From assembly GCF_018350175.1 (NCBI RefSeq), contig NC_058382.1, positions 60,204,001-60,268,000 of the forward strand: 64,000 bases of DNA, given 5' to 3'. The notes under the pieces were generated by a model. It was not told where the DNA came from. It did not search any database and worked only from the letters and a program-made list of their open reading frames with translations. Positions 1 through 11,227 of the stretch are shown one piece after another. The translations under genes and the position numbers were made by a program. Origin of the DNA: Felis catus (Eukaryota). Numbering within the stretch: the stretch's first letter is position 1; each line of letters opens with the position of its first letter.

Positions 1-575
1 TCACCCCTCACCCCTCCTTCACCTCCTGAGGCCTCCTTACCCCTCACCCCTCCTTCACCTCCCAACGGCTCCTCACCCCTCACCCCTCCTTCACCTCCCA
101 ACGGCTCCTCACCCCTCACCCCTCCTTCACCTCCCGATGGCTCCTCACCCCTCACCCCTCCTTCACCTCCTGATGGCTCCTCACCCCTCACCCCTCCTTC
201 ACCCCCTGATGGCTCCCCACCCCTCACCCCTCCTTCACCTCCTGATGGCTCCCCACCCCTCACCACTCTTTCACCTCCCGAGGCCTCCTCACCCCTCCTT
301 CACCTCCTGACGGCTCCTCACCCCTCACCCCTCCTTCCCCTCCTGAATCCTCCTTACCCCTCCTTCACCTCTTGAGGCCTCTTGACTCCTCACCCCTCAC
401 CCCTCCTTCACCTCCCAACAGCTCCTCACCCCTCACCCCTCCTTCACCTCCTGATGGCTCCTCACCCCTCACCCCTCCTTCACCCCCTGATGGCTCCCCA
501 CCCCTCACCACTCCTTCACCTCCTGATGGCTCCCCACCCCTCACCACTCTTTCACCTCCCGAGGCCTCCTTACCC
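1..575. repeat. C-rich minisatellite, 36-bp unit (ctcctcacccctcacccctccttcacctcctgatgg), runs off the 5' edge of the window
   Basis: Tandem units are directly visible; they translate as repeated SSPLTPPSPPDG in ORF 372..1211. Confidence 0.95.
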
Positions 576-1834
576 CGAGTCCATATGTGCAGCGCACGCT
601 GTCCGTCTGCTTTGTTCCCTTATACCACGTCTGGGGCTCCAGCCCACTCGGTTGTCATCTGCCAGGAAGGGCTTGAGGCTGGTGACATGGCTGGAGGCAT
701 TCACTCCTGCGGAGGCTATCGTCGGACAGGATCCATCACGGCCCAGCGCTGGCTGTCCGCAGGGCTGGGGGCCAGTCCCCCCGCCCCTACTTGTCCCCAA
801 CAGCTAGGACGGCTTTTCCTGATGACGCAGCTGCTCAGCAGAATGCTGGTCTGGTGCCGGGACCTTGAGAGCAAAGGGACACGGATCCGGCCGAGTTGTG
901 GTCGGCTGAGTAAGGGCCCCCAAGACGTCCACGCCCTGACTGCAAGACCCCAGAAAGTGTGGTTGGCGGGATGTGGTGCACGTGGCTGTGTCGACTGGGG
1001 CCTCCTGCGGCCAGGAGACGCCGACGGGCAGCCCCTGGTCGTCTGCAGCACCCCCCTGCCCCCCTGCCCCCGGCACCCTGCACCCAGCCTCACCCTCACC
1101 CTCGGGCACAGACGTCCTCCTCATTCTCTGGTTTTCGTTTCACGGACTCTAATAGCGGCAGTAAAGCCAAGCATTCCCAAGGTGCGCGGACGTCCCGGGG
1201 CCCCGGGGTGACGCGGGCCACGGCGTGAGGCCGTGTCCCCGGCGGGCCCCGCACGCGGCTGGGTGGAAAACAGGTTGGGAGCCGGCGGGGGGTGGAGGCC
1301 CCGTCTCCCTGCAGGTCGGTGCCGCGCGCCCCTCCCGCCCCCCTCCAGCTGGGTCTCCGGGCCGGGGAGGGCTCGTCTGTGCCGAGCCAAGAGCAGAACC
1401 ACACAGACCGGAGGTTGTGTGAGATCCCGAGTCCCTTCGGGAAGGACTGTGGACGGCTGGTCGCAGGCGCCGGAAGGCTTGTCGGTAGGGAAGCGGTTGA
1501 CCAGAATCTGCCTGAGGTCGGGGACTGCGAGCTGACTCCGGGTCCCTCAGGAGACCCTGTGTGCCAAGACGGCTCCAGCGGGCTCTCCTGGAGGGTGGAC
1601 AGCCCTGGATTGCTGCCACAAAGACCCCTGTGGACACCCATCAGCTGCGCGGCCTCCTGGGCAAGTGGATGTTCTCTGCCAGCCTCAATCTCCCCACCCG
1701 CAAAGGGGACGATGCCCCCTGGGTCCTGGGGCCAGAGGGGTCCACTCTAAAGGACAGCTACAGAGGCCTTGTCCGGCATCCCTTGAGAGCCGAGAGCTGG
1801 TTTCCCACCCGCAGTGGAACGAATCCACTTTCTA

Positions 1835-1985
1835 GTTAACCCTCTCAGGCGGAAGCAGACTTGTTGTTCCGGAAAAAACCTGAAGCTCGCGCCCTTATTT
1901 TCTTGTCAGTTTCATTTGGCAGCTTCCTCAACCACACAGCGTCCTGGGTTTCCTGTCAGAGGGTTGACGGTGCAGATAAGTAAAC
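1835..1985. promoter_or_regulatory. Candidate enhancer (ETS/RUNX/GATA/MEIS motif cluster)
   Basis: GCGGAAG, TTCCGGAA, CTTCCT, TTTCCTG, AACCACA (1930-1936), two TGTCAG and AGATAAG (1974-1980) within 150 bp of non-repeat DNA. Confidence 0.4.
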
Positions 1986-2821
1986 CGTGCCTCCCTGGCA
2001 GGAGTGCCCGGCTGCCCGACAGACGGCGCGGGCGCCCCCGCGTGCGGCCAGTTTGCACCTCGAGACTTCCCAGGGCGCAGAGGCCTGTGCGACCCGCCCG
2101 ATCGCCCATTTGAGCGGGTTCCCGGGCAGCTGCTCAGCCAGCCTGCCCCTCGGTCTGGTTTTTTTTCCCCCTTATCAAGGGGATTAAATGGTATTAACAT
2201 ACCAAAATGCACAAAATCACAGCGCAGAGGACGATCCTTGCTGTGTGCTCAGATTGCTGCCGGTGAATTAGGGTAAGAGGGCCTGAGGGTCGGGCGCGCA
2301 TCGAGCCTTGTCCTGAGCCCGGAGACAAGGAGCTGGGGGCATCCACGCACAGGCAGCTCCGTGCGCCCCTGAGGATGGCTGCGTGGGGCCTGGACTGGAG
2401 CCTTCCCCTGAGGCTCAGAGCCCCAGGAAGCTGCCCACTTTGCCCCTTGGCCCAGGGAAGGGATGAAGAGACTTGCTTTGTGTCCAGGGATTTAAGTGGA
2501 GGCGCCGAATCTTCACTGTCCGTGGGTCTGGTGACCACGGATGCGGTCTACACGGCACAAAGTCACAAGGATGAGAATTCACATAAAACAGAGGCCACAA
2601 CCCAAGGAGCTGGTAAACCCAAATACATTTTCTGTTTCCCAGGATCCCTGGGAGGCTCCCAGGAAAAAACGACTCCTACCCGCGATGAGGACGCTGTGAA
2701 AAACCACATTAAGAATGAGCTTTCTTGAGGAGTAATAAGCCAACCGAGAATCGGCACTCTGTCAGCTAGAAATGAGAGAACAGAGTGGAATAGATGTGTT
2801 GGTTCCAAGTTGGGATTTTTG

Positions 2822-3040
2822 GGGGCGCCTGTGTGGCTCAGTCGGTGGAGCGTCTGACACTTCGGCTCAGGTCATGATCTTGCAGTCCATGAGTTCGAGC
2901 CCCACGTCAGGCTCTGTGATGACAGCTCGGAGCCTGGAGCCTGCTTGGAATTCTGTGTCTCCCCCTCTCTCTGCCCCTCCCCTGCGCACACGCTGTCTCT
3001 CTCTCAAAAATAAATAAAGATTAAAAAAATAATAAATAAA
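2822..3040 (+). mobile_element. Can-SINE (feliform SINEC_Fc-like)
   Basis: ggggcgcctg…ggctcagtcgg head, gttcgagccc B-box, (CT)n and A-rich tail; flanked by aagttgggattttt / aagctaggattttt as a degenerate TSD. Confidence 0.95.
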
Positions 3041-3047
3041 GCTAGGA

Positions 3048-3238
3048 TTTTTTTTTTTTTTTTAGAGAGAGAGAGTGTGTGTGCAAGCATGAGTAGGGGA
3101 GAGAGGCAGAGAGGGAGAGAGAATCCCAAGCAGGCTCCACGTGGAGCCCGACAGGGCTGGATCCCACTGCCCTGGGATCATGACCTGAGCCAAAATCAAG
3201 AGTCAGAGGCTCAACTGACTGAGCCACCCAGGTGTCCC
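3048..3238 (-). mobile_element. Can-SINE (short-body type)
   Basis: poly-T, (GA)n, gaatcccaagcaggctcc, gatcatgacctgagcc, actgagccacccaggtgtccc. Confidence 0.95.
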
Positions 3239-3251
3239 TAAAATTAGGAAA

Positions 3252-3452
3252 TTTTAATTTTTTTAATGTTTACTTATTTTTGAGAGAGACACAGAGACAG
3301 ACAGAGCACAAGCAGGGAGGGCCAGAGAGAGAGGGAGACACAGAATCCGAAACAGGCTCCAGGCTCCGAGCTGTCAGCACAGAGCCCGACGCGGGGCTCA
3401 AACCCACGAACCGTGAGATCCTGACCCGAGTTACAGTCAGAAGCTTAACCGA
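3252..3452 (-). mobile_element. Can-SINE (SINEC_Fc-like), 5' head truncated
   Basis: ttttaatgtttacttatttttgagagag…cagaatccgaaacaggctccaggctccgagctgtcagcacagagccc; the terminal gagccacccaggcgcccc is missing. Confidence 0.9.
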
Positions 3453-4099
3453 TGTGGAATGGAGCAGGTGGAACTTATTTACAGGAGAGATGGGCCTGTT
3501 GAAATAGGAAACGTGCTGGCTGTGCTCCACGGGGACCCTAACAACACCGGCTGGCAGTCGGGTCCAAGGAGCCCCCACAGGCGAGAGGTGCCGGGTGCCG
3601 CGGGGAAGCCCAGGGCAGCTCGTGGGACACACGGCGCGAGAGGCAGCATCGAAGAAATTGAGGAAAAGTCAAGGCCTTGCCCTCCTGCATCTCAAAATCT
3701 ACTCCAAAGCCAGGCTAATGAAGGAGCACGGCGCAGAAACCGCTAAGTGGGTTTTAAGAAGTGGACGCAGAGTTTCATTTAGGATCAGTAACGCTTCGGA
3801 GGAAGGGATCGTCGTACAGGACCGTGGGTGTGGTTAATCCACCACTTGGAAGAGAATGATTTAGAGCCCTTCCTCACGCACAAGCTGAATTCTGCACGGA
3901 TCGTGCAGCTAAATGTCAAAACAAAAAGTGTCAGAAGACAAGTAAAATATTTTCGTAATTCTGGCTGGGCAAAGACTCCCTCCCCCAAGCGCTAAATCCG
4001 TGCAGGACGAGACCGATGCATCTGGTGGCTGCGTGAGACCCCACCCCCACCCCCACCATGAGAACCCAAGCCGGCCGGCAGGTGCGGCGGGGAGAAAAC

Positions 4100-4467
4100 C
4101 CTCACGCTGTGTGACGACAGCACGGCAGACGCGTGTCGGCCCACAGACGTCCGAGCCCTGGGGCCGGGCTGTCGGGGGCCCCGTGTCACCACAAGGCCCT
4201 TGTGAGAGGGGGTGGAGAAGACGTGACAGAAGCAGAGGTCAGGCCGGCACGGGGCATAAGCCCCAGAATTCGGGGGGGGGGGTGCTTCTCTAGAAGCTGT
4301 GGAGGGGCAGGAGCGTCCGCGAGGAGCCAGCCCTGCCCGCCCCCGGATCTGAGCCCCCTGAGCCCCCTGCCAGACTTCGGCCCCCCAGACGGAGGAGAAC
4401 ACGCCCAGCTGCTTTAAGCAGGAAAGCGGGTGCTCGTCCGTCACAGGAGCGGCAAGAAGTTCATACA
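4100..4467 (+). mobile_element. MaLR solo LTR (MLT1 family)
   Basis: cacaaggcccttgtgagagg…gtgacagaagcagagg…tctagaagctg…agacttcggccccccagac…gctttaagc…, ending aagttcataca like the MLT1 3' end. Confidence 0.7.
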
Positions 4468-7242
4468 GACCGACGCGCACTCTCAGGCCGGGTCTTCTGT
4501 AGATAATACGGACACGACCCCCAACGGGCCCGGCACCGAGGAGATGGTTCCAGAAGAAATGCAAATGGGGTCTGGGGGAAGAGGTCAGCCACCTCGAGCC
4601 CCAGGGCCAAGGGAGGGGGTCTAGGGGGACGGCTTCGGCCGGGGCTGAGGGATGTTGCCTTGTCCCTGGCCCTGGCCCGTCCCCTGCCTCGGCCGTCGGG
4701 GTCCCGGCAGCCCGGCCTCCCCGTGGGCTATCCCGAGACGCCACGGGGAGACGGTGGGAGGGCACCGTGGGCCATTGCTGAGCACGCACAGTGCGGGCTG
4801 AGGGTCGGAAGCCAGTCTTCGTTCGGTCTGAGCGCTCTTGAGAGCGTCTCCCCCCGACTGAACGCTCACCACGCGCTAGGCAGGGTTCCCTGCGCGTCCA
4901 CGGTACAGAGCTGAAGCCACGGGCCGCCCGGGGCTGCCTGCCCCTGCCGCGTGCCACACTGCTGTCCCGTCCCTCTCCCTCCCCAGGGAGGGTGGCAGGG
5001 CCGGCTTCCCAGGATGTGCGGGGGAAACGCGTGGCAGTGACCGGATTCCATCCCCAGGAGGCCCGAGGGCTTAGGGATCACGAGATCGGGACCCACTGTT
5101 AACGACAACGCCCCCTTTGTGTGGAGGGCAGTGTCTTCCACGTGGGCCCCCCAGCCCCCCCACGCTGACCGCACCGACCCTGTGCCAGGCCCTGCTGTGC
5201 TCCGTGCGCTACTCGTTACTGATGGCGATCTGCCCCCAGACCGTTTCTCCGTCAGCCAGCCTCACTGGGCGGGTCACCTCGTGACCTAGAGCAGGATCCG
5301 CGGTCCCCGGAGTGCCTTCGTGTCTCTGCTCCCCCACCGGATGGCACGTGACCTCTGGCAGGTGTCACCAGGCCAGGCCTCCACCTGTCCCCCCCCCCAA
5401 CCCCATTTGTAAGGTGGGGGGGGGGGGGGTCCTAACATTAGCCTCGCGGGGCTGTCTGCGGGATTGATCCTGTGCCTGCGGTATAGACCCAGCCTGGGGA
5501 GGGGGTGTGAGCTCTGACTCCCACCGGCTGGGGTCTGGATTAATGCTTCAAGTGGGGAGCCACCTGCCCCGAGGGAGTGAAGTTTTGTTCCCTTCCAGAG
5601 TATGCTGATGTCTGCGCTGGAACGTGTGCTAGGCTCGGCCAGGGCCACCCTCCAGTGCCCGGCGTGGCCTCAGGGGGGGAAGAGGCTCCTGGTAACCATC
5701 TCCAGGCCCGGGGCGGTCTTCGATCAGGAAAATCTCTGTTTATTCTATGGTATAAACATGTTCCAAGGTGGGTGGGCCCGCCCGCCCCACCGAGCTGCCA
5801 AGAGCTGGGAGGGGGGGGGGGCCGAGGCCGTCTGAGCCCCGCCCTCCCCGATGGCCCCGGCGTCATCCCTGCACCCAGCTACCGGCGCTGGCTGGCCGGC
5901 GACCCACACCCTCTGCGTGCACGGTTCAGGGACCGTGACGCAATTTCGGTCCCCACCAGGGCAAGGACCTGCCGCCGTTTCTGTGTGTATGTTAACTGCC
6001 TTTACTCTCCCAAAGCCTCCGATAGCATCTGGCCCCCGGCCTCCGGGCCCCCCTGCCTCCCTCTTCCCGTCACGTTTACCGAGGGCCAGCGGTGTGCCCG
6101 GTGCCGCAGAGTCGGCCGAGGGCCGGGAGCAGAACCAGTGCTCTCGGGGAGACGGATGCACAGAAAGGCGGTTACACCCAGGAGGGGACGTGGGGTAGGG
6201 CAGAGGCGCAGCCGAGGGGAGCGCCCGGCCCAGCCTGTGGGGGCGAAGGGCACCGGGAGCCAGAGGGGCTGGGGTGCGTGGCAGGAGCGGAAGCAAAGCG
6301 GGGGACAGGAAGTGGGGGGATGGGAAGCGGGGACAGTTCAGTACAAAGTGGGAGCAAAGAACAAAGGGGGAGGAGAAGGGGGGGAGGAGCCAAAATGTTG
6401 GAGTCACTTGAAGGCTTTCATGGAAAGAAGCCCAGACTGTGTGTTGGGCTCAGAAGAGTCTGCTGTGAGTCATGTACACTTTAGTATGACTGTACGAGCG
6501 TTGCTTCCATAGGTTGATTTTTGTGTACTCCCGAAAGGATTGCGAACCCCTGAATCTGGCCGGGGCGGTGGTTTGGAAGTAAGAGAGGGTGGGAGATGGA
6601 TGGTCCGGGCCCCAGAGCTGCCCTGGGCCGGGGCACCTGGTGCTCTCAGGGGTGGCCCAGGGTGGGGTCTTGTCCCCGCGGAGCTGTGCCGTCTGCTTGC
6701 TGCTCAGGTGTGTCTGACTTAAGTGGCCGTGCACGGTGTTGCCACGAGGGGCCGTTCAGTAGAATAAAATACTACCGAGTGTTTGCTGGGTGTCCCCCCA
6801 CCCCTCCGATGTCCCGTCTGCAGGCAGTGACAGGTGACAGGACAAAGGGTCTCTCGCGGTTAATGCCAGCTGCCCGTGTCCGACGAGGGGAACGAAATCG
6901 ATCGTGCCCCTCCAGTTGCGGTCACCGTCTGCGCCTCGCGATGAAAGTTCGCCACACTTTTCTGTCCCCGTTCTCAAGGACGGATGTGTGAGAGATTCAG
7001 CGTGCCACACTGGGATGGTCTGAGGTTAACTTTTGCCTTCGAACGAAAGATTCTTCACGATCTGCGTTTTCTGGGTCCTCCTCCGAGTGCCCGTGCGGCC
7101 CAGCAAAGCCCCTGCGTCCCGACGAGAGAGCAGAGCTCTGGCCTTCCGTTTAACCCAAAATGAGGAGGTGACCCGTGGAAGGGGCAGCAGTTTCGGGTCA
7201 TTACACGCCTCTGTTACCTTTTTAAGATTAAAAATGTGGTTT

Positions 7243-7422
7243 GGGGGGCTCCTGGGGGGCTCAGTCAGTTGGGCCTCGACTTTGGCTCAGGTCGTGATCT
7301 CACGGTGCGTGGGTTCGAGCCCCGCGTCGGGCTCTGTGCTGACAGCTCGCAGCCTGGAGCCTGCTTCGGATTCTGGGTCTCCCTCTCTCTCTGCCCCTTC
7401 CCTGCTCTCTCTCTCTCTCTCT
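7243..7422 (+). mobile_element. Can-SINE lacking its A-tail
   Basis: Head, gttcgagccccgcgtcgggctctgtgctgacagc body, then (CT)n with an abrupt end. Confidence 0.92.
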
Positions 7423-8479
7423 GAGCCGTCACCACCTCTTCATCCTACGGCTCCCGGGCCTTGTTCATCACTGGCGCTGCACCCCCCACCAGGACCCCCT
7501 GGTCGAGTGTGCCCGTGCATGTGTGCGTGTGTGTGCACCCCCTGGCGGCGGCAGGCCTGGGTGTGGGGAGGCCTCTGCCACCCGCCTCTGGTGCCCATGT
7601 GGTTTTCAGGGCCCCCTGGGGAAGAACCTGGCCCCTTGGGCCAGAAGCAGGACAGGAGGGAGGCATCTCACCCCCTGGGCAGGCGCAGCTCTCCGGCTGT
7701 CATCTTGCGGAGGACACGACATCCCGGGACGGGACCGGGGAGGCCTGCAGCCCGAGGGACAGCTTTGCCGGCGAGAAAAGGGGTCACGCGGAGGCCCGGG
7801 GCCTCCTCCGGCAGCTTTTCAGGCAACAACGAGGGAGCGGGGAGTTCACGGAACAGCCGGGATGGGAGGGCCGGAGGGGCCGGAGGGACAAACGGGCAGT
7901 CCCAGGGTAGGGTCAGCGGACCAGCTGTGTGTAGAGTGTCCCTGGGCATCGGGGGTGCCGGGGTGAATGTGTCACGGCCCCGGAGCTGTCCACGGCGTGC
8001 TCCCCGGAGCCTGCGAGGACGGGGCCTCGCGTGGCAAAGCGCAGCCGTGATGAAGGACCCGTCTCACCCGCGGTCACGGGGCACGTGGGGGCCTCGCCGT
8101 GTCCGTTTCCGTGGAGCCGACCACGGCCATCCAATCCTCCCCTTGTTTGCGGGGCTGGGGTCTGTCCCTTGGCAGAGGATGTCTGTCTGGTCCCTGACTC
8201 TTGCCCCCCCGGAACTGCAGCCCCAGAGCAGAGACCAGGTCACCAGCCTCGCTCTTTATCAGCCCTGCTCTGAGCCGCCAGCCTCTGCGGGCTCGGGTCC
8301 ACATGGGGCAGGGAGTTAGTAAACGGTGCGTGCGTCTGGGACTCGCGCTGAGAGCCCATCTTCCCCACAGTAGCAAGGGGACACGTGTCCGCTGGTCTCA
8401 CCTCTGAAGACCGCCCCCCCGCAAAGCTCCCGAGGGCACACAGCCGTTGGATCTCAGCGGGTCATTCCCCCCCCTTAAA

Positions 8480-8657
8480 GTTTATTTATTTACTTTGAGA
8501 GAGCCAGAGACAGCGTAAGCAGGGGAGGGGCAGAGAAGGAGGAGGGCTGCCAGCACAGAGCCCCACGTGGGGCTCGACCTCCCAAAACTGTGAGATCACG
8601 ACCTGAGCCAAGACCAAGAGTCGGACGCTTAACCGACTGAGCCCCCCCAGGCGCCCC
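8480..8657 (-). mobile_element. Can-SINE, internally deleted
   Basis: tttatttatttactttgagagag…gagatcacgacctgagcc…cttaaccgactgagcccccccaggcgcccc. Confidence 0.92.
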
Positions 8658-8769
8658 TCGGCTCCCAGTTTCAATCTCAGCACCAACACAAGTTGGGCAC
8701 ATTCTTTTCTCTCTTTAGGTCCCAGATTCTTCCTTGCAAGACAGGAGTCAGAGCAAGTCTTTGAACTCT

Positions 8770-8990
8770 TGCGCCCAGCAAACTCCTACGTATCCTTCAA
8801 AGCCCTGGTCCTGTGCCTCTTCTCTCAGGGTGGAGACAGCTTGCTGCCCTCTGGGGCTTTGCTGTGCACCTACCATAAAACCTGCCCTGTGTCACATACC
8901 TCCGTATCTGTCGCATCCCACGGGCAGGCAAGCACACACCCACCCTGGCACCTGTGCGGGTTCCAGAGTGTTTATCGGTCGAACAAAAGG
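8770..8990 (+). mobile_element. L2 LINE 3' fragment
   Basis: cagcaaactcctacgtatccttcaaagccc resembles the L2 motif aactcctactcatccttcaagac. Confidence 0.5.
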
Positions 8991-9825
8991 GGAGACTACA
9001 AACCCCCTCAAAGCTTTCTCAAAGTTTTCTTGGGGCCCTTGCTGAAGGGGGCTGTTTTGAATACACCCTGATTCTCTCCTTGGTGTGCAGGATGACGTCT
9101 GGGAAGACTGCTTTCTGGAGCACAACCCGGGGCGTGTGGCTGCGGCCCACCCGGGAAGCTCTTTCCCACCCCCGGCCCGGCCTTGCCGCCCGCAAGGCTG
9201 CCGTTGGACCCGGAGGGCTCGCTGGCTGAGACCCAGGCTGTCCCTCACAGGAGAGGAGGAGGATGTCTTCAGGGAGCTGCCTGCGTGGCTGGCGTGCTCC
9301 GGGCTCACGGTAGGTGGCTGACCCGTCCCCCCAGCGGGCCGCCCACCGCGCCCTCCGCCCGCAGGCAGGACACCAGGTGAGAGTGACCGCTGGGCCGGGG
9401 GAAGTCCGCATTTCGCGGTGTGGTAGCAAACTCCCCACCGGGGAGCTGTGATCGGGGCCACCGTGGATGCCTGAGAGCCGCCAGCGCTCCCGGCGGGGAT
9501 TGTGACCCGCTGTTAGAGCTCCGGCTTTGCACCAGCTGGCCGGGTGGCCTCACCGTCAAGGGGGAGGGCGGGACTTTATTGGTCTCTCCTCAGTGCTTTC
9601 GTAAACTCGCACCATAAGTGAAAGTTTGGGGGTCACCTGTAGATTAGCACCGTGTGTAAAAGGTTGTTAAGAGCGCGGAGATCTGGGGACTTGAGATGTT
9701 ACAGAATAGGCTCGTGGAACGCGTTTTTCCGCTCCGGGCTTCCCTCGGGGGGCTGGGTTGGGGTCTGCGAATCCATAGTCTGAAAGGAGTCCACGGCATC
9801 TGGGGAGAAGACAGGTCTGCCCCCT

Positions 9826-10017
9826 GCTCGGTTCTCAGGTTTACGTGGGCACAAGGATCGCGTGAAGGGCCTGTTAAAGTGCAAGTATTTGGGACCCCTC
9901 TGCCCCCAAATGGATTCAGAGCCTGGCGCCGTGCCCAGGAATCTGCATTGTAAATCGGCCCCCAGATGACTCTGCTGAACGTAGGTGGTCTTCCGACCAC
10001 ACAGCAGAAACCTCTGC
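9826..10017. mobile_element. MER5-type hAT-Charlie non-autonomous DNA transposon
   Basis: ggttctcagg…gggcctgttaaagtgca…ccaggaatctgcattgtaaa…ccccagatgactctg…gaccacac…agaaacctctg follows the MER5A/B layout. Confidence 0.7.
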
Positions 10018-10179
10018 CAGGATCGTTAACGGTGCCACGTGAGCAGGGCTCATAAAAAGCAGGGTGGGTCTTACGTGGGAGCTTTGGACTTTCAGGTTTT
10101 GAACCCGCAATAGCCAGGAGAGGCTGGATGAATAGGGGCTTGAGAGGAAGGATTCTGCCTGGACTCGTTTTATTTATGC

Positions 10180-10725
10180 ATTATTTTTATGGTAGTGAAA
10201 TACACCTAACGTGAAACTCACCGTCTTCACCATTTGTGGGGCACGTTTCTAGGGCATCGGGTATATTCGCGTTGCCGCGCGACCGTCCCAGCCAACCTTC
10301 CGCCCTCCCAGACTGGAACCCGGCCCCCATTAAACACCGATCCCCTCCCCCAGCCCGCACCCCTCCCCCCATCCGCTCTGTAGGAGTCCGGCTCCTCTGG
10401 GGACCCCATATGAGTGGGATCTTACAGCGTTTGCCCCTCTGTGTCTGGCTCACCTCAGCATAAGGTCCTCCAGGTTCATCCAGCTTGTAGCAGGTGTCCA
10501 GATGTCCTTACTTTTAAGGGGTGGATAACGTTCTGTTGCACGGAGAGACCGTGTTGTGTCCACCATTCACCCATCGACGGACACGTAGGTTATTGTGAGT
10601 CACGCCGCTGCGAACACGGGCGTGCAAGTCTCCGTCCGAGACCCTGTTCTCGGTTCTTTGGGGGATATGCCCGGGAGTAGAAGTTCCGCGCCGTATGGTA
10701 ATCCCCTTTTAATTTTTTTTTTCGA
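10180..10725 (-). mobile_element. L1MA/MB 3' end fragment
   Basis: gtgaaatacacctaacgtgaaactcacc…ccatatgagtgggatcttacag…ccaggttcatcca…ccattcacccatcgacggacac are typical reverse L1M 3'UTR blocks. Confidence 0.8.
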
Positions 10726-10819
10726 GGAAGCTGGATTCCTGGTTTCTTCGACACTTGGTTTGCCCCGAAACATCAAGGAAAATCTTCCCCGTCGCCTTCC
10801 TATAATTTGCCTCTTTCTC

Positions 10820-11003
10820 TTTTGTAAGTTTTCATTCATTTATTTTGAGAGAGAGAAAGAACTCATGTGCGCACGCGCACGCAGGGGAGGGGCGCAGGGA
10901 GGGCGCCGCCCTGACGCGGGGCTCAATCTCGTGAACCCTGAGATCACGCCTGAGCTGAAACCAAGAGTTGGACCTTAACCAACTGAGCCCCCTAGGTGGC
11001 CCT
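10820..11003 (-). mobile_element. Can-SINE, internally deleted
   Basis: tttattttgagagagag…ctgacgcggggctcaatctcgtgaacc…ttaaccaactgagccccctagg. Confidence 0.9.
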
Positions 11004-11026
11004 CTACAAGTCACTTCTAAAAAATC

Positions 11027-11227
11027 TTTTTTAAATGTTTATTTTCGAGACAGAGACAGAGCGCGAGCCGGGGAGGGGCCGGGAGAGAGGGAGACGCAGA
11101 ATCCGAAGCAGGTTCCGGGTTCGGAGCCGTCAGCACAGAGCCCGACGCGGGGCTCGAACTCGTCAACTGCGAGATCATGACCTGAGTCGCCGTGGGACGC
11201 TCAACCCACCGAGCCCCCAGGCGCCCC
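11027..11227 (-). mobile_element. Can-SINE (SINEC_Fc-like) with a 13-bp TSD
   Basis: Full body; aagtcacttctaa occurs at 11008-11020 and 11233-11245. Confidence 0.95.

Larger units (their letters stand above)
2700..3980 (+). mobile_element. Ancient L1M ORF2 3' fragment, interrupted by three Can-SINEs
   Basis: ctcaaaatctactccaaagc…, cccttcctcacgc… and cggatcgtgcagctaaatgtcaaaacaaaa resemble the late ORF2 consensus of L1. Confidence 0.55.

Noticed and set aside
1..575. Interstitial telomeric repeat
   Set aside because: The sub-repeat is CCCCTCA within a 36-mer; there are no TTAGGG arrays
372..1211. 279-aa Pro/Ser-rich ORF
   Set aside because: The N-terminus is the 36-bp minisatellite in translation, it has no ATG start, and the remainder has no recognisable domain
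2822..2905. tRNA gene-like A/B boxes (also in the other SINE heads)
   Set aside because: These are tRNA-derived Can-SINE heads followed by SINE body and tail
7033..8319. 428-aa ORF
   Set aside because: It reads through a Can-SINE and GC-rich sequence, has a non-ATG start and low-complexity G/P/R/A composition
8702..8718. Strong-looking splice acceptor (ttcttttctctctttag)
   Set aside because: Followed by L2-like sequence with no recognisable coding exon; a non-coding exon cannot be excluded without RNA data
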